Assembly (NCBI GenBank): GCA_041548485.1
Contig: JBFESP010000006.1
Span: forward strand, 19,895 to 83,894
Source of the DNA: Thermoplasmata archaeon
Lineage (GTDB): Archaea; Thermoplasmatota; Thermoplasmata; UBA10834
DNA: 64,000 bases
Direction of reading: 5' to 3'
The first letter of the stretch is position 1; each line of letters opens with the position of its first letter. Positions 19,246 to 27,799 of this stretch are shown in pieces. A program made the translations under genes and the position numbers. A model generated the notes under the pieces. The model worked only from the letters and a program-made list of their open reading frames with translations. It was not told the origin of the DNA and ran no database searches.

Positions 19246-20550
19246 ATGCCGACCTTGGCTGTCGTAGGCGCTCAATGGGGCGACGAAGGAAAGGGCAAGA
19301 TCGTCGATTATCTTGCTCAGGAGGCACACGTGGTGGTACGCTTCCAGGGGGGTAACAATGCGGGCCACAGCGTCAAGATCGGCGAGGAGCTCTTCAAGCT
19401 GCACCACCTCCCCTCCGGCATACTCCGTTCCAGCAAGATGGCTGTCATCGGGAACGGGGTTGTGATCGATCCGGGGGTGCTTCTGGGAGAGGTCGATGGC
19501 CTCCTGAAGAGGGGGAAGAGCGTGAAGAACCTCAGGATCAGCGAGCGCGCGCATGTGATCATGCCTTACCACAAACTCATCGACGCTGCTGAGGAGGGCA
19601 TGAGGGAGGGCGCGAGGGTGGGCACGACCGGCAGGGGGATAGGTCCCGCGTACGCGGACAAGGCCGCGAGGCTGGGCATCCGGATGGGAGAGCTGGTCGA
19701 CAAGGACCTTCTGGAGGAGAGGCTCTCGTTCCTTGTTCCATTGAAGAATAAAATTCTACAAGCCTTAGGGAGTGATTCACGCATTGACGCGAAAAAGGTA
19801 GTGAACGAATACTCCGAATACGGCCGTCGGCTCAGAGTCCATGTCACCGATACCAGAAGTCTCCTGTCGGATGCGATCGCCAAGAAGAAGAGGGTGCTGC
19901 TCGAAGGAGCCCAGGGGACGATGCTGGACATCGACCACGGAACCTACCCGTTCGTGACGTCCTCCAACACGGTCAGCGGGAACGTCGCGGCTGGGTCAGG
20001 CATACCTGCGACAGCCATCGACGAGGTATTCGGCGTGACCAAGGCGTACACCACCCGCGTGGGGGAAGGACCTTTCCCCACGGAGCTGTTCGGAGAGCTG
20101 AGCACGTGCATAGCTGAGAAGGGGAGGGAGTTCGGAACCACCACGGGCAGGAACAGGAGGTGCGGCTGGCTCGACCTCGTCGTCCTCAGACACGCGCACG
20201 CGCTCAACGGGTTCAGCGGGCTCGCGTTGACCAAGGTAGACGTCCTGGGCGGCCTTGACGAGATCAGGGTTTGCACGCATTACTCTCTCGATGGAAGGAA
20301 GACGACGCGCTTCCCTGCAGACCTGAGACGGTTGAAGAGATGCGAGCCGAAGTACAGGGTGCTCGAAGGCTGGAGCGACATCGAACCGAAGCGCATGAAC
20401 AAGGTCCTCAAGGAAGGATTCAGCACCCTGCCGAGCAACATGAGGAAGTACATCAGGTTCGTGGAGAGCGAGATAGGTGTCCGCGTAGTACTCCTCGGGC
20501 TCGGGCGCAGGAGGAGCGAGACGCTCGACCTGAGAAGACGTAGATGGTGA
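19246..20550 (+). CDS. purA: Adenylosuccinate synthetase
   Basis: GAQWGDEGKGK P-loop at the N-terminus, GGNNAGHS and other PurA motifs. 434 aa from the internal ATG. Confidence 0.95.
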   Translation: MPTLAVVGAQWGDEGKGKIVDYLAQEAHVVVRFQGGNNAGHSVKIGEELFKLHHLPSGILRSSKMAVIGNGVVIDPGVLLGEVDGLLKRGKSVKNLRISERAHVIMPYHKLIDAAEEGMREGARVGTTGRGIGPAYADKAARLGIRMGELVDKDLLEERLSFLVPLKNKILQALGSDSRIDAKKVVNEYSEYGRRLRVHVTDTRSLLSDAIAKKKRVLLEGAQGTMLDIDHGTYPFVTSSNTVSGNVAAGSGIPATAIDEVFGVTKAYTTRVGEGPFPTELFGELSTCIAEKGREFGTTTGRNRRCGWLDLVVLRHAHALNGFSGLALTKVDVLGGLDEIRVCTHYSLDGRKTTRFPADLRRLKRCEPKYRVLEGWSDIEPKRMNKVLKEGFSTLPSNMRKYIRFVESEIGVRVVLLGLGRRRSETLDLRRRRW

Positions 20551-20605
20551 CCTGGCTTCCGTCTCATCCGATGCGTACAGCGGGCCGGCTGTCGAGGGGT
20601 TCGCG

Positions 20606-20617
20606 CCCCCACCATGA
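20606..20617 (+). promoter_or_regulatory. TATA box (GATTAAATAAGC) for topA, near-leaderless
   Basis: TATA element about 30 nt upstream of the topA ATG. Confidence 0.45.
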
Positions 20618-20647
20618 TTAAATAAGCCCCCAATCATCCTGCCAGAG

Positions 20648-22972
20648 ATGCGTCGGCTTATCATCTGCGAGAAGAACCATGCCGCGCAAAGGATCGCCCT
20701 GATCCTCTCGGACGGCTCTTACAAGAGACTCTCGGTAGCAGGCAGCCCAGTGCTCCATTTCGAGAGGGGCTCGGACGTCTACCACGTAATCGGCCTGAGA
20801 GGGCACATCGTCGAGCTTGACTACCCGGACGAGTTCAACGATTGGGAGGGGACGCCGCCAAAGAAGCTTGTCACTGCGGAGCCGGAGAAGACCGTTCATC
20901 CGGCCGCCATCAAGATAATGCGGGCACTCGAGGACCTCTCCCGAGGCTCTGACGAGATAATCATAGCCACAGACTATGACCGGGAGGGAGAGCTCATCGG
21001 CGTCGAATCTCTGGAGCGCCTCCAGGTCAAGGCAACCATCAGAAGGGCGAGATTCAGCGCCCTCACGAAGGGGGAGGTCGAGCGTGCGTTCGGGAACCTC
21101 GTGGACGTGGACTACAAGCTGGCCACCGCGGCAGAGACGAGGCAGTACATAGACCTCGCGTGGGGAGCTTCTCTGACCCGGTTCATGTCCTTGGCCTCTG
21201 GCCAGCGAGGAAGCGACTTCCTCTCGGTCGGTCGTGTGCAGACGCCGACCCTCGCGCTGATCGTCTCGCGGGAGAAGGGGATTCGTGAGTTCGTCCCGAC
21301 GCACTACTGGACGGTCACGGCGGACCTGAAGAAGGGCACCGGATTCAGTGCATCACACAAGCACGGGAGATTTGATGATAAGAACGAGGCAAAGGATGTC
21401 GTCGCTCGGGCCAGACGGGCCAAGGAAGCCCATGTCAAGAGCGTCGAGCAGGAGGACAAGTCGGAGTACCCTCCGCCCCCGTTCAGCACCACTGTCTTCC
21501 TGGCGGAGGCGTCCAAGAGGGGGTTGACAGCTGCCCAGGCGATGAAGGTCGCCGAGGACCTCTACACAGAAGGTTACATATCATATCCGAGAACGGACAA
21601 CACCGTCTACCCTCCGTCCCTGAATCTCAAGACCATACTCGATAAGCTCAGGAGGTCGGAGTTCTCTGAGGAGGTAGAGGAGATACTGTCCCAGAAGACG
21701 ATAAGGCCGTCGCGCGGGAAGGTGAGCACCACGGACCATCCACCCATACACCCAGTCGACGCGGCCACGAAGTCTCAGCTCAAGGGTGGCAGGTGGACCG
21801 TGTACGAGCTCGTCACCAGGCGCTTCCTGGCGACCGTCGCGCAGCACTGCATGTCGAAAGTGACCAAGGTCGAGCTGGGCATAGGCGACGAACCGTTCGG
21901 GGTGGCTGGCTATGAGATAACCTCGCCTGGCTGGCGCAAGTACTACCCATATTACAGGGTCCAGGAGGTCATCCTGCCTGAGCTCAAAGCGGGAGAGGAC
22001 GTCGAAGTCGTCAGGGTGCACTCCTCCGACAAGAAGACCCAGCCTCCACCGAGATTCTCCCAGGGCACGCTCATCCAGGAGATGGAAAAACATGGACTGG
22101 GCACTAAGAGCACCAGGCACGAGACCGTTCAGAAGCTCTTCGACAGGAAGTTCGCGAAGGGGACGAGGATTGAGCCGACCGAGAGCGGCATAGCCGTCAT
22201 CACAGCCCTTGAGGACCATGCGAGGCTGCACGACGAGTACAAGATCACCGATGCGAAGATGACGGCTCACCTCGAGATGGAGATGGACCTGATAGCCAAG
22301 GGAGAGCGCGAGCAGCCCGACGTCCTCGAGGAGAGTCAGGCGATGCTGGAGGACATCATCGACGTCCTCGAGAAGAACAAGAGGGAGATAGGCGACGACA
22401 TCAGGAAAGCGCTTATGAAGCAGAGGTCCCTGGGCAAGTGCCCGGAGTGCGATTCAGGAGAGATAGTGGAGATAAGGAAGCGCGACGGCGACTCCTTCGC
22501 GGGGTGCTCCCAATATCCCGAATGCAGCAGGACATATCCTCTCCCGAAGGGCATGCTGGTCCAATCGGCGGACGAGTCCTGCGATGTGTGTGGGGCACCG
22601 AAGATAAGGACCGTGTCGAAAGGTCAGGCGCCGGTCGTGGTGTGCATAGACCCTAAGTGCAAGGGTGCGCAGAAGCTGAGGTACATAGGGAAATGTCCAA
22701 AGTGCGGCGGCGACATGACGACGATCCAGTCGAGAAAGGGCAAGCGGTTCACAGGGTGCACCCGCTACCCAGATTGCAGGACGATGTTCCCCCTGCCTCA
22801 GAAGGGCAGGATCGTCCCGACCGGAGAGGCGTGCAGCGAGTGTGGAGCCCCGGTGATCAAGGTCTGGCAGAAGGACAACAGAGTACCGTGGGTGCTGTGC
22901 GTCAACATGGACTGTTCAAAGAAGAAGAAGAAGAACGAGAAGAAGACCTCCTCTGCGAAGCGGGGAGGCTAG
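20648..22972 (+). CDS. topA: DNA topoisomerase I (type IA) with C-terminal zinc ribbons
   Basis: Toprim N-terminus (LIICEK), type IA core, four C-terminal Cx2C...Cx2C zinc-ribbon repeats, and a lysine-rich tail. Confidence 0.95.
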   Translation: MRRLIICEKNHAAQRIALILSDGSYKRLSVAGSPVLHFERGSDVYHVIGLRGHIVELDYPDEFNDWEGTPPKKLVTAEPEKTVHPAAIKIMRALEDLSRGSDEIIIATDYDREGELIGVESLERLQVKATIRRARFSALTKGEVERAFGNLVDVDYKLATAAETRQYIDLAWGASLTRFMSLASGQRGSDFLSVGRVQTPTLALIVSREKGIREFVPTHYWTVTADLKKGTGFSASHKHGRFDDKNEAKDVVARARRAKEAHVKSVEQEDKSEYPPPPFSTTVFLAEASKRGLTAAQAMKVAEDLYTEGYISYPRTDNTVYPPSLNLKTILDKLRRSEFSEEVEEILSQKTIRPSRGKVSTTDHPPIHPVDAATKSQLKGGRWTVYELVTRRFLATVAQHCMSKVTKVELGIGDEPFGVAGYEITSPGWRKYYPYYRVQEVILPELKAGEDVEVVRVHSSDKKTQPPPRFSQGTLIQEMEKHGLGTKSTRHETVQKLFDRKFAKGTRIEPTESGIAVITALEDHARLHDEYKITDAKMTAHLEMEMDLIAKGEREQPDVLEESQAMLEDIIDVLEKNKREIGDDIRKALMKQRSLGKCPECDSGEIVEIRKRDGDSFAGCSQYPECSRTYPLPKGMLVQSADESCDVCGAPKIRTVSKGQAPVVVCIDPKCKGAQKLRYIGKCPKCGGDMTTIQSRKGKRFTGCTRYPDCRTMFPLPQKGRIVPTGEACSECGAPVIKVWQKDNRVPWVLCVNMDCSKKKKKNEKKTSSAKRGG

Positions 22973-23012
22973 GGCGGTCCGTTGTTCGCCAACATATGAA
23001 CCTCCCTTCTGT

Positions 23013-23426
23013 CTACTCGAGGGGCGGAGGAGGCTCATCCTCATCGGGCTCCACAGCCGAGACTTCTGGGACCATTTCTTCAAAGGCAGGGGCCATAACC
23101 GGAGCCTTGACTCTCTGGGATGGCAGCCGCTTCTCGATGGAATTCAGTTTGGCGATCACATCGCTGAGCGTGTATGCCTCGACCTTGATGCTCAATATGA
23201 CTATCATGACCGCGTCGACGAACAGCCATGCCATCAGAATCCAGATGAGCACCCTGAGAAGATCCCACGTCCATTCAAAGGAGATATTGAACTCCTCGGC
23301 TGCGCTCCTCTCAAGGTCGTCGACGAAACCATCGTGATACAGCAGCAGGATGAATCCCAGCAGGATGAGGAAGACGGCCTTCACCCATCTGCTCGACATC
23401 TGCGGCGTTACTTTTATCTGCACCAC
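23013..23426 (-). CDS. Small membrane protein, hypothetical
   Basis: Two or three predicted TM helices, acidic proline-rich C-terminus. Downstream of and co-oriented with the regulator gene. Confidence 0.45.
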   Translation of the reverse strand: MVQIKVTPQMSSRWVKAVFLILLGFILLLYHDGFVDDLERSAAEEFNISFEWTWDLLRVLIWILMAWLFVDAVMIVILSIKVEAYTLSDVIAKLNSIEKRLPSQRVKAPVMAPAFEEMVPEVSAVEPDEDEPPPPLE

Positions 23427-23486
23427 CGTATGGCTCGTATTGGCTGGGCGCGTATATACACGTTCCTTCTCCGACCGAGCGGAATG

Positions 23487-24557
23487 TCAGTGGCCGATGC
23501 CCGTAATGTGCCTGAGTGCCGGCCCGAATTCGAAGGTCTTGAGCTCTATGCATTGTTCCAAGGGGAACAGGGTTATCTCGGGGTCGCCGTCGAACGCCCC
23601 ACCCTTGTGATACCAGGCCAACAGCGGGTCGACGCTGGCGACGTACTCCTGGAAGGATGGTATCATGTAATTGCCCACCCCCTCGTCAGCCTTGGAGAGA
23701 GTATAGAAGGACAACTCGGCGGTCTCCTTCGGCTGTTGCTGCAGTCTGCTCCATCCGAAGTCGAGCCTGAATTTGGCGAGCATCACAGCGTAGATCTCGA
23801 ACCCCCACTTGTACAACCTGGGCACACAGACGGAAGTGTAGTACCCGTTCTCCCCCAGCTTGTGCCGGATCCTCGTCACGGCCTGACGCGAGAGCTTGGC
23901 CAAGGGCGCTATCCTTCTGTCGGATACCATCGGGTTCTCCACCAGCGCAAGCAGAACCCGTTGTTCGTTCTCGCTCAGATCCATCTCCTCGACCTCTTCC
24001 GAAGTCGTGGGACGGTGCTTTGGCATCGGCACGTCTAGATTGAAGAACCTGTGTACCAAAGGTGCGAAATTCGTTGCGTAGGTGCCGCGGGAGATCGCAT
24101 AGGGGAAAGAGGTCGTATCGAGCTTCGCCTTGGATGCGCGCTTAGAGCCCGAGAAGAAGCGGTTGTGGCCCTGAATGAACTTCTCCATATCGGTGGCGTT
24201 CTTGAACACGCTGTAGAGCGCTATCGAGTTGCCTCCGATGATCGCATCATATATCTGAGGCGCTTTCGAGCAGAACTCGATGTAGTTCGAGACCTTCGCA
24301 TCACTCGACACCGCAGGGTCCGTCGACCCGATGTGGAAACCCATCAACTCACAACCGAGCTTGTTGAACGATGGTATGTTGACGTAATAGACGGCTCCCG
24401 CATCCACGAGTCTGCGTCTGACCGCGGCCACCGTGCCAACGTTCATGTCGTAGAGTTCGGCTATCTCCCTGTCGCGGCGTGTCGCGTCCTCAACCAGGGA
24501 GAGAATGACCTTCATCTCGGAGCGAAGGAACCTCCACATAGGGGATGTAATGGGCAA
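23487..24557 (-). CDS. Putative transcriptional regulator with two tandem winged-HTH (Lrp/AsnC-type HTH-like) domains
   Basis: Two segments resembling HTH_AsnC/MarR N-terminal domains (ILSLVEDATRRDREIAELYDMNVGTVAAVRRRL and VLLALVENPMVSDRRIAPLAKLSRQAVTRIRHKL). Rest of the protein is unassigned. Confidence 0.55.
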   Translation of the reverse strand: MPITSPMWRFLRSEMKVILSLVEDATRRDREIAELYDMNVGTVAAVRRRLVDAGAVYYVNIPSFNKLGCELMGFHIGSTDPAVSSDAKVSNYIEFCSKAPQIYDAIIGGNSIALYSVFKNATDMEKFIQGHNRFFSGSKRASKAKLDTTSFPYAISRGTYATNFAPLVHRFFNLDVPMPKHRPTTSEEVEEMDLSENEQRVLLALVENPMVSDRRIAPLAKLSRQAVTRIRHKLGENGYYTSVCVPRLYKWGFEIYAVMLAKFRLDFGWSRLQQQPKETAELSFYTLSKADEGVGNYMIPSFQEYVASVDPLLAWYHKGGAFDGDPEITLFPLEQCIELKTFEFGPALRHITGIGH

Positions 24558-24567
24558 ATTTCAAATA

Positions 24568-24584
24568 AAAAGGTTCTAGTTGTT
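24568..24584 (-). promoter_or_regulatory. TATA box (minus sense CCTTTTTTATTTGAA) for regulator gene
   Basis: AT-rich element about 25 nt upstream of start codon 24557 on the minus strand. Confidence 0.45.
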
Positions 24585-24747
24585 ACTTTGCAATGCGTGG
24601 CAGAAGAACTCTAGCCAAAAGTGTGTTCATTTGTGCCATATCAGCAGAAGGATTAAAGGGGACGGAGGCGAATCAGCGTTGCCGATTTGGCACACACTCT
24701 TTTGTCGAAAGGAGGAGAGGTGTAACCAAGGGGTGATGCCCAACTGC

Positions 24748-24776
24748 GGTGGAGTCCCCTCCACCCATTCTTTTTC
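24748..24776 (+). terminator. Stable hairpin (GGUGGAG-UCCC-CUCCACC) followed by a T5 tract
   Basis: Perfect 7-bp stem with a 4-nt loop, then CCCAUUCUUUUUCUAUU. Terminator-like on the plus strand, inside the 340-bp non-coding region downstream of rpl40e. Confidence 0.35.
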
Positions 24777-24895
24777 TATTCCCTTGACTGAGACGGCGGG
24801 GTCCGTCCCGGCGGCGAGCCGTTGGAGGGCGGTGTTCTTGGATCCGGATCCTCGCGAAGAAGGATGGCACAGACGAGCGACCCATGGGCGACTGA

Positions 24896-25045
24896 TCAGG
24901 CTTTCTTGGCTTCTCTCCTCTTGAGCCGGAGACCCTTGTAGCCACACTTCCTACATCTGGTGGACTTGACCGCGTTTCGAGCATAGCAGCTCATGCATAT
25001 CTTCTTGACAAGATTCCTGGCTTCAGCTTCTGGAAACCTGGCCAT
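24896..25045 (-). CDS. rpl40e: Ribosomal protein L40e
   Basis: Not in the ORF track (49 aa). Hand translation of the minus strand gives [49 protein letters not shown], which is canonical L40e with a C4 zinc ribbon. TATA GGTATATAACCC at 25078-25089. Confidence 0.9.
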   Translation of the reverse strand: MARFPEAEARNLVKKICMSCYARNAVKSTRCRKCGYKGLRLKRREAKKA

Positions 25046-25077
25046 TCGAGTCCCTCTGGCGCCTCAAACATGCAGAC

Positions 25078-25089
25078 GGTATATAACCC
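25078..25089 (-). promoter_or_regulatory. TATA box for rpl40e (leaderless)
   Basis: GGGTTATATACC on the minus strand, 34-44 nt upstream of the rpl40e ATG. Confidence 0.5.
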
Positions 25090-25124
25090 TTGTGCACTGC
25101 GGAGGCTCAGGGGTGACTCCGGCT

Positions 25125-26087
25125 TCAGCGCTTCGAGGTTCGACCCTCGTTCGCGAAATGAGCGAGCAACGCCTCGAGCTGGATCCGCTCGCTCGAACCG
25201 GAGACGATACGGAACTCGGCCTCTCCCACGCGGTCGATGAGGCGGATCTTCGAATCCTCAGAGACAGGCAGGTCGAGCACCGCTCTGTGTATGCCCTGGA
25301 CGATGTCCTCGCCTGAGAGGCCGTGGCGGACTATCAGCTCGTCCAGCTTCGAACGCGCAGCTGTGAAATTCCCCTTCAGGGCGATGGTCAGAAGGTCATC
25401 TATCTCAGATGGGCGGATGCTCTCTGTCGATTCGTACACGGCATCCTGGTCGATGGTCTTCGAAGTCGAGGCTGCGACCTGGAGGATGTTCGTCGCCTTC
25501 CTGAGGTCGCCAGCCGCAAGGGCCGTTATCGCATCGAGGCCGTCCCGCTTCACCTCGAACCCTTCCGCGGAGGCGATTCTGGTCAGATATGCCTTCACGT
25601 CCGCTTCGGTCAACGGCTTGAACCTGAACACCGCGCATCTCGACTGTATCGGCTCGATTATCTTCGAGGAGTAGTTGCAGGACAGGATGAAGCGACAGGT
25701 CTGAGTGTACCTCTCCATTGTCCGCCTGAGAGCGGCCTGGGCGTCGTTCGTCAGAGAATCCGCCTCGTCGAGGAATATTATCTTGAAATCCTCCTGACCA
25801 ATCGTGGCAGCCCTGGCGAAATCCTTGATCTTGCCGCGGACGATGTCTATGCCCCTCTCATCGGAGGCGTTGAGCTCGATCAGGTTTCCGTGCCATTCGT
25901 CACCGTACAGCTCCCTTGCGAGGGCAATGGCACATGTGGTCTTGCCGCAACCTGCGGGGCCTGCGAACAGCATGTGGGGCATGCTCTTCGTCCTGACGTA
26001 TGATTCCAGGCGCTCCACTATCGCCTTCTGCCCTATCACGTCTATGAGCTTCCTCGGCCTGTACTTCTCCACCCAGACGGTGTGCAT
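25125..26087 (-). CDS. rfcS: Replication factor C small subunit
   Basis: WVEKYRP, Walker A GPAGCGKTT, DEAD, SRC motif (QSRCAVFRF). 320 aa. Confidence 0.95.
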   Translation of the reverse strand: MHTVWVEKYRPRKLIDVIGQKAIVERLESYVRTKSMPHMLFAGPAGCGKTTCAIALARELYGDEWHGNLIELNASDERGIDIVRGKIKDFARAATIGQEDFKIIFLDEADSLTNDAQAALRRTMERYTQTCRFILSCNYSSKIIEPIQSRCAVFRFKPLTEADVKAYLTRIASAEGFEVKRDGLDAITALAAGDLRKATNILQVAASTSKTIDQDAVYESTESIRPSEIDDLLTIALKGNFTAARSKLDELIVRHGLSGEDIVQGIHRAVLDLPVSEDSKIRLIDRVGEAEFRIVSGSSERIQLEALLAHFANEGRTSKR

Positions 26088-26113
26088 TCGATATCGTCGT
26101 CTCGAATGCGGTA

Positions 26114-26162
26114 GGTTTACTAATAACTATTCAAGGCGGGCTCGAAGAAGGAATAAATACGC
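26114..26162. promoter_or_regulatory. Divergent promoter region with two TATA elements (TTTACTAATAACTATT for rfcS and AGGAATAAATACGC for ncsA)
   Basis: Two AT-rich TATA-like boxes, each about 25-30 nt upstream of the respective start codon. Both transcripts would be leaderless. Confidence 0.45.
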
Positions 26163-26182
26163 CTTGGGGAAATCGGGCCAGT

Positions 26183-27157
26183 GTGAGAACCTGCGACAAG
26201 TGCTCCAAGAACTCGGTCATTCTGGTGAGGTATAGCGGGGCGCATCTATGCAGGCGACACTTCACGGAGTTCTTCGAGAGAAGAATCAAGCACGAGCTGC
26301 GCAGGCAGGTCGATCTGCAGATGGACGAAAGGCTCGCGATGGCCGTGTCCGGTGGGAAGGACAGCACGGTCATGATGTTCCTTCTCGCCAAGATACTGCG
26401 TTCCCGAAGAGACACCGAGCTCTGCGCCGTGACCGTTGACGAAGGGATAGAAGGGTACCGGGACAGCGCGATCCCGACCGTAGCCGAGAACTGTAAGACT
26501 CTCGACATCGAGCACATCGTCGTCTCGTTCAGCGGGCTTCACGGTTTCACGATGGACGACATCGCCGAGGCGGAGAGGAACATGTCCGCCTGCAGCTACT
26601 GCGGGGTGATGAGACGCGCCGCCCTGAACCGCGCGGCCAGGGACTGGGGGGCTACCAGACTTGCCACGGGGCTGAACCTCGATGACACCGCACAATCCAT
26701 CCTGATGAACTTCTCGAGAGGCGATGTGGGACGCTTGGCGAGACTGGGTCCGCACAGACGATTTCAACCCGACCTCGTCCCGAGGATCCAACCCCTGAGG
26801 ACGATCCCCGAGAACGAAGTCGCCCTGTACGCGCTGATCCACGAGATACCCTACCACAACCTCGAGTGTCCCTACGCTTCCGAGGCTCTCAGGAACGACT
26901 ACAGAGCAGTCGTCTCGCAGCTGGAGGACAGATACCCTGGTACGAGGCATTCGATCCTCAAGAGCCACGAGAGGATCATTGAAGCCTTGGAGAAGACAAC
27001 CCCGCCCGCGAAGCTGCGCCGGTGCGAGTGTGGTGAGCCGACCGTCGGCGACCGGTGCAAGGTGTGCGAGCTGGTTGCGTCCATCAGCGAGAAGAGGACT
27101 ACTCCTGGGAGTCGGAGTGGAACCATTCGCCGCAATTCCGGCACACGTAGTCCCTGA
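26183..27157 (+). CDS. ncsA: tRNA thiolation PP-loop ATPase (NcsA/TtcA/Ctu1 family)
   Basis: PP-loop SGGKDS, N- and C-terminal CxxC zinc fingers, and the central CxxC...C of the TtcA family. Confidence 0.85.
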   Translation: MRTCDKCSKNSVILVRYSGAHLCRRHFTEFFERRIKHELRRQVDLQMDERLAMAVSGGKDSTVMMFLLAKILRSRRDTELCAVTVDEGIEGYRDSAIPTVAENCKTLDIEHIVVSFSGLHGFTMDDIAEAERNMSACSYCGVMRRAALNRAARDWGATRLATGLNLDDTAQSILMNFSRGDVGRLARLGPHRRFQPDLVPRIQPLRTIPENEVALYALIHEIPYHNLECPYASEALRNDYRAVVSQLEDRYPGTRHSILKSHERIIEALEKTTPPAKLRRCECGEPTVGDRCKVCELVASISEKRTTPGSRSGTIRRNSGTRSP

Positions 27158-27725
27158 CGGGCGCCTCGGCACCGCAGACCTCGCATACCTTCATCCCCTT
27201 CGCGAGCGGTCTCGCAGGCATCGAAAGAGCATGGTCGACATCATCGTCCGCTGTCACCTCGAACTCAGCAGACCTCATGGCGGCGAAGGGGGCGGACCTC
27301 GGCCGCGGCGTGGGAAGAGGCCTGGACGCCCGGGCCTTCTTCTCCATGAGCTCGAGCCTCTTCTTCCTGACACGCTCCCTCTCGTGATCCTTGAAGTCGC
27401 AGAACGTCGAGACGACTAGAAGCCCCTTGAGCGACAGCCCGACGATCACGATGTAGATAATCATGGTCATGTCGAATCGTACGAAGTACGGACCGTAGGT
27501 CAATTCGGCGACACCGCCACCGAAGACGACGAAGAACCACATGCATACGAACGCGATGGCGAACAGTCCGAACACCATCCTGGTGTATGTCCCCGGCCGG
27601 TGGGCAGCCTCGAGCGTGCTTGAGGCGACGATCATGCCCCCGAAGAACAGCACGAACATCTCGATCTGAGGCATGAACGCAGTAGCCAGCTGCGGGTAGT
27701 TCTCGGTGATGAGATTCACCAGCAC
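27099..27725 (-). CDS. Membrane protein with C-terminal zinc ribbon, hypothetical
   Basis: Four predicted TM helices, a basic linker, and C-terminal CEVCG...CRNCG. Its 3' end overlaps ncsA convergently by about 59 nt. Confidence 0.5.
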   Translation of the reverse strand: MLVNLITENYPQLATAFMPQIEMFVLFFGGMIVASSTLEAAHRPGTYTRMVFGLFAIAFVCMWFFVVFGGGVAELTYGPYFVRFDMTMIIYIVIVGLSLKGLLVVSTFCDFKDHERERVRKKRLELMEKKARASRPLPTPRPRSAPFAAMRSAEFEVTADDDVDHALSMPARPLAKGMKVCEVCGAEAPVRDYVCRNCGEWFHSDSQE

Positions 27726-27799
27726 CAGAGGAACGACGATGAAACGGAGGATCTCCGTGAACGCGGTCCAGACGGTGTCCGGAATCCTCCCCTTCTGCG

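Noticed and set aside
24726-24790. C/D-box sRNA interpretation of the rpl40e-downstream element (GUGAUGC ... CUGA)
   Set aside because: Only a degenerate C box and one CUGA were found, with no credible D'/C' boxes or terminal kink-turn pairing. The region is kept only as a generic candidate ncRNA.
24580-24984. ORFs 24580-24924 (+), 24627-24947 (-) and 24673-24984 (-) in the rpl40e region
   Set aside because: They overlap the genuine rpl40e gene and a non-coding spacer. The translations have no protein-like features.
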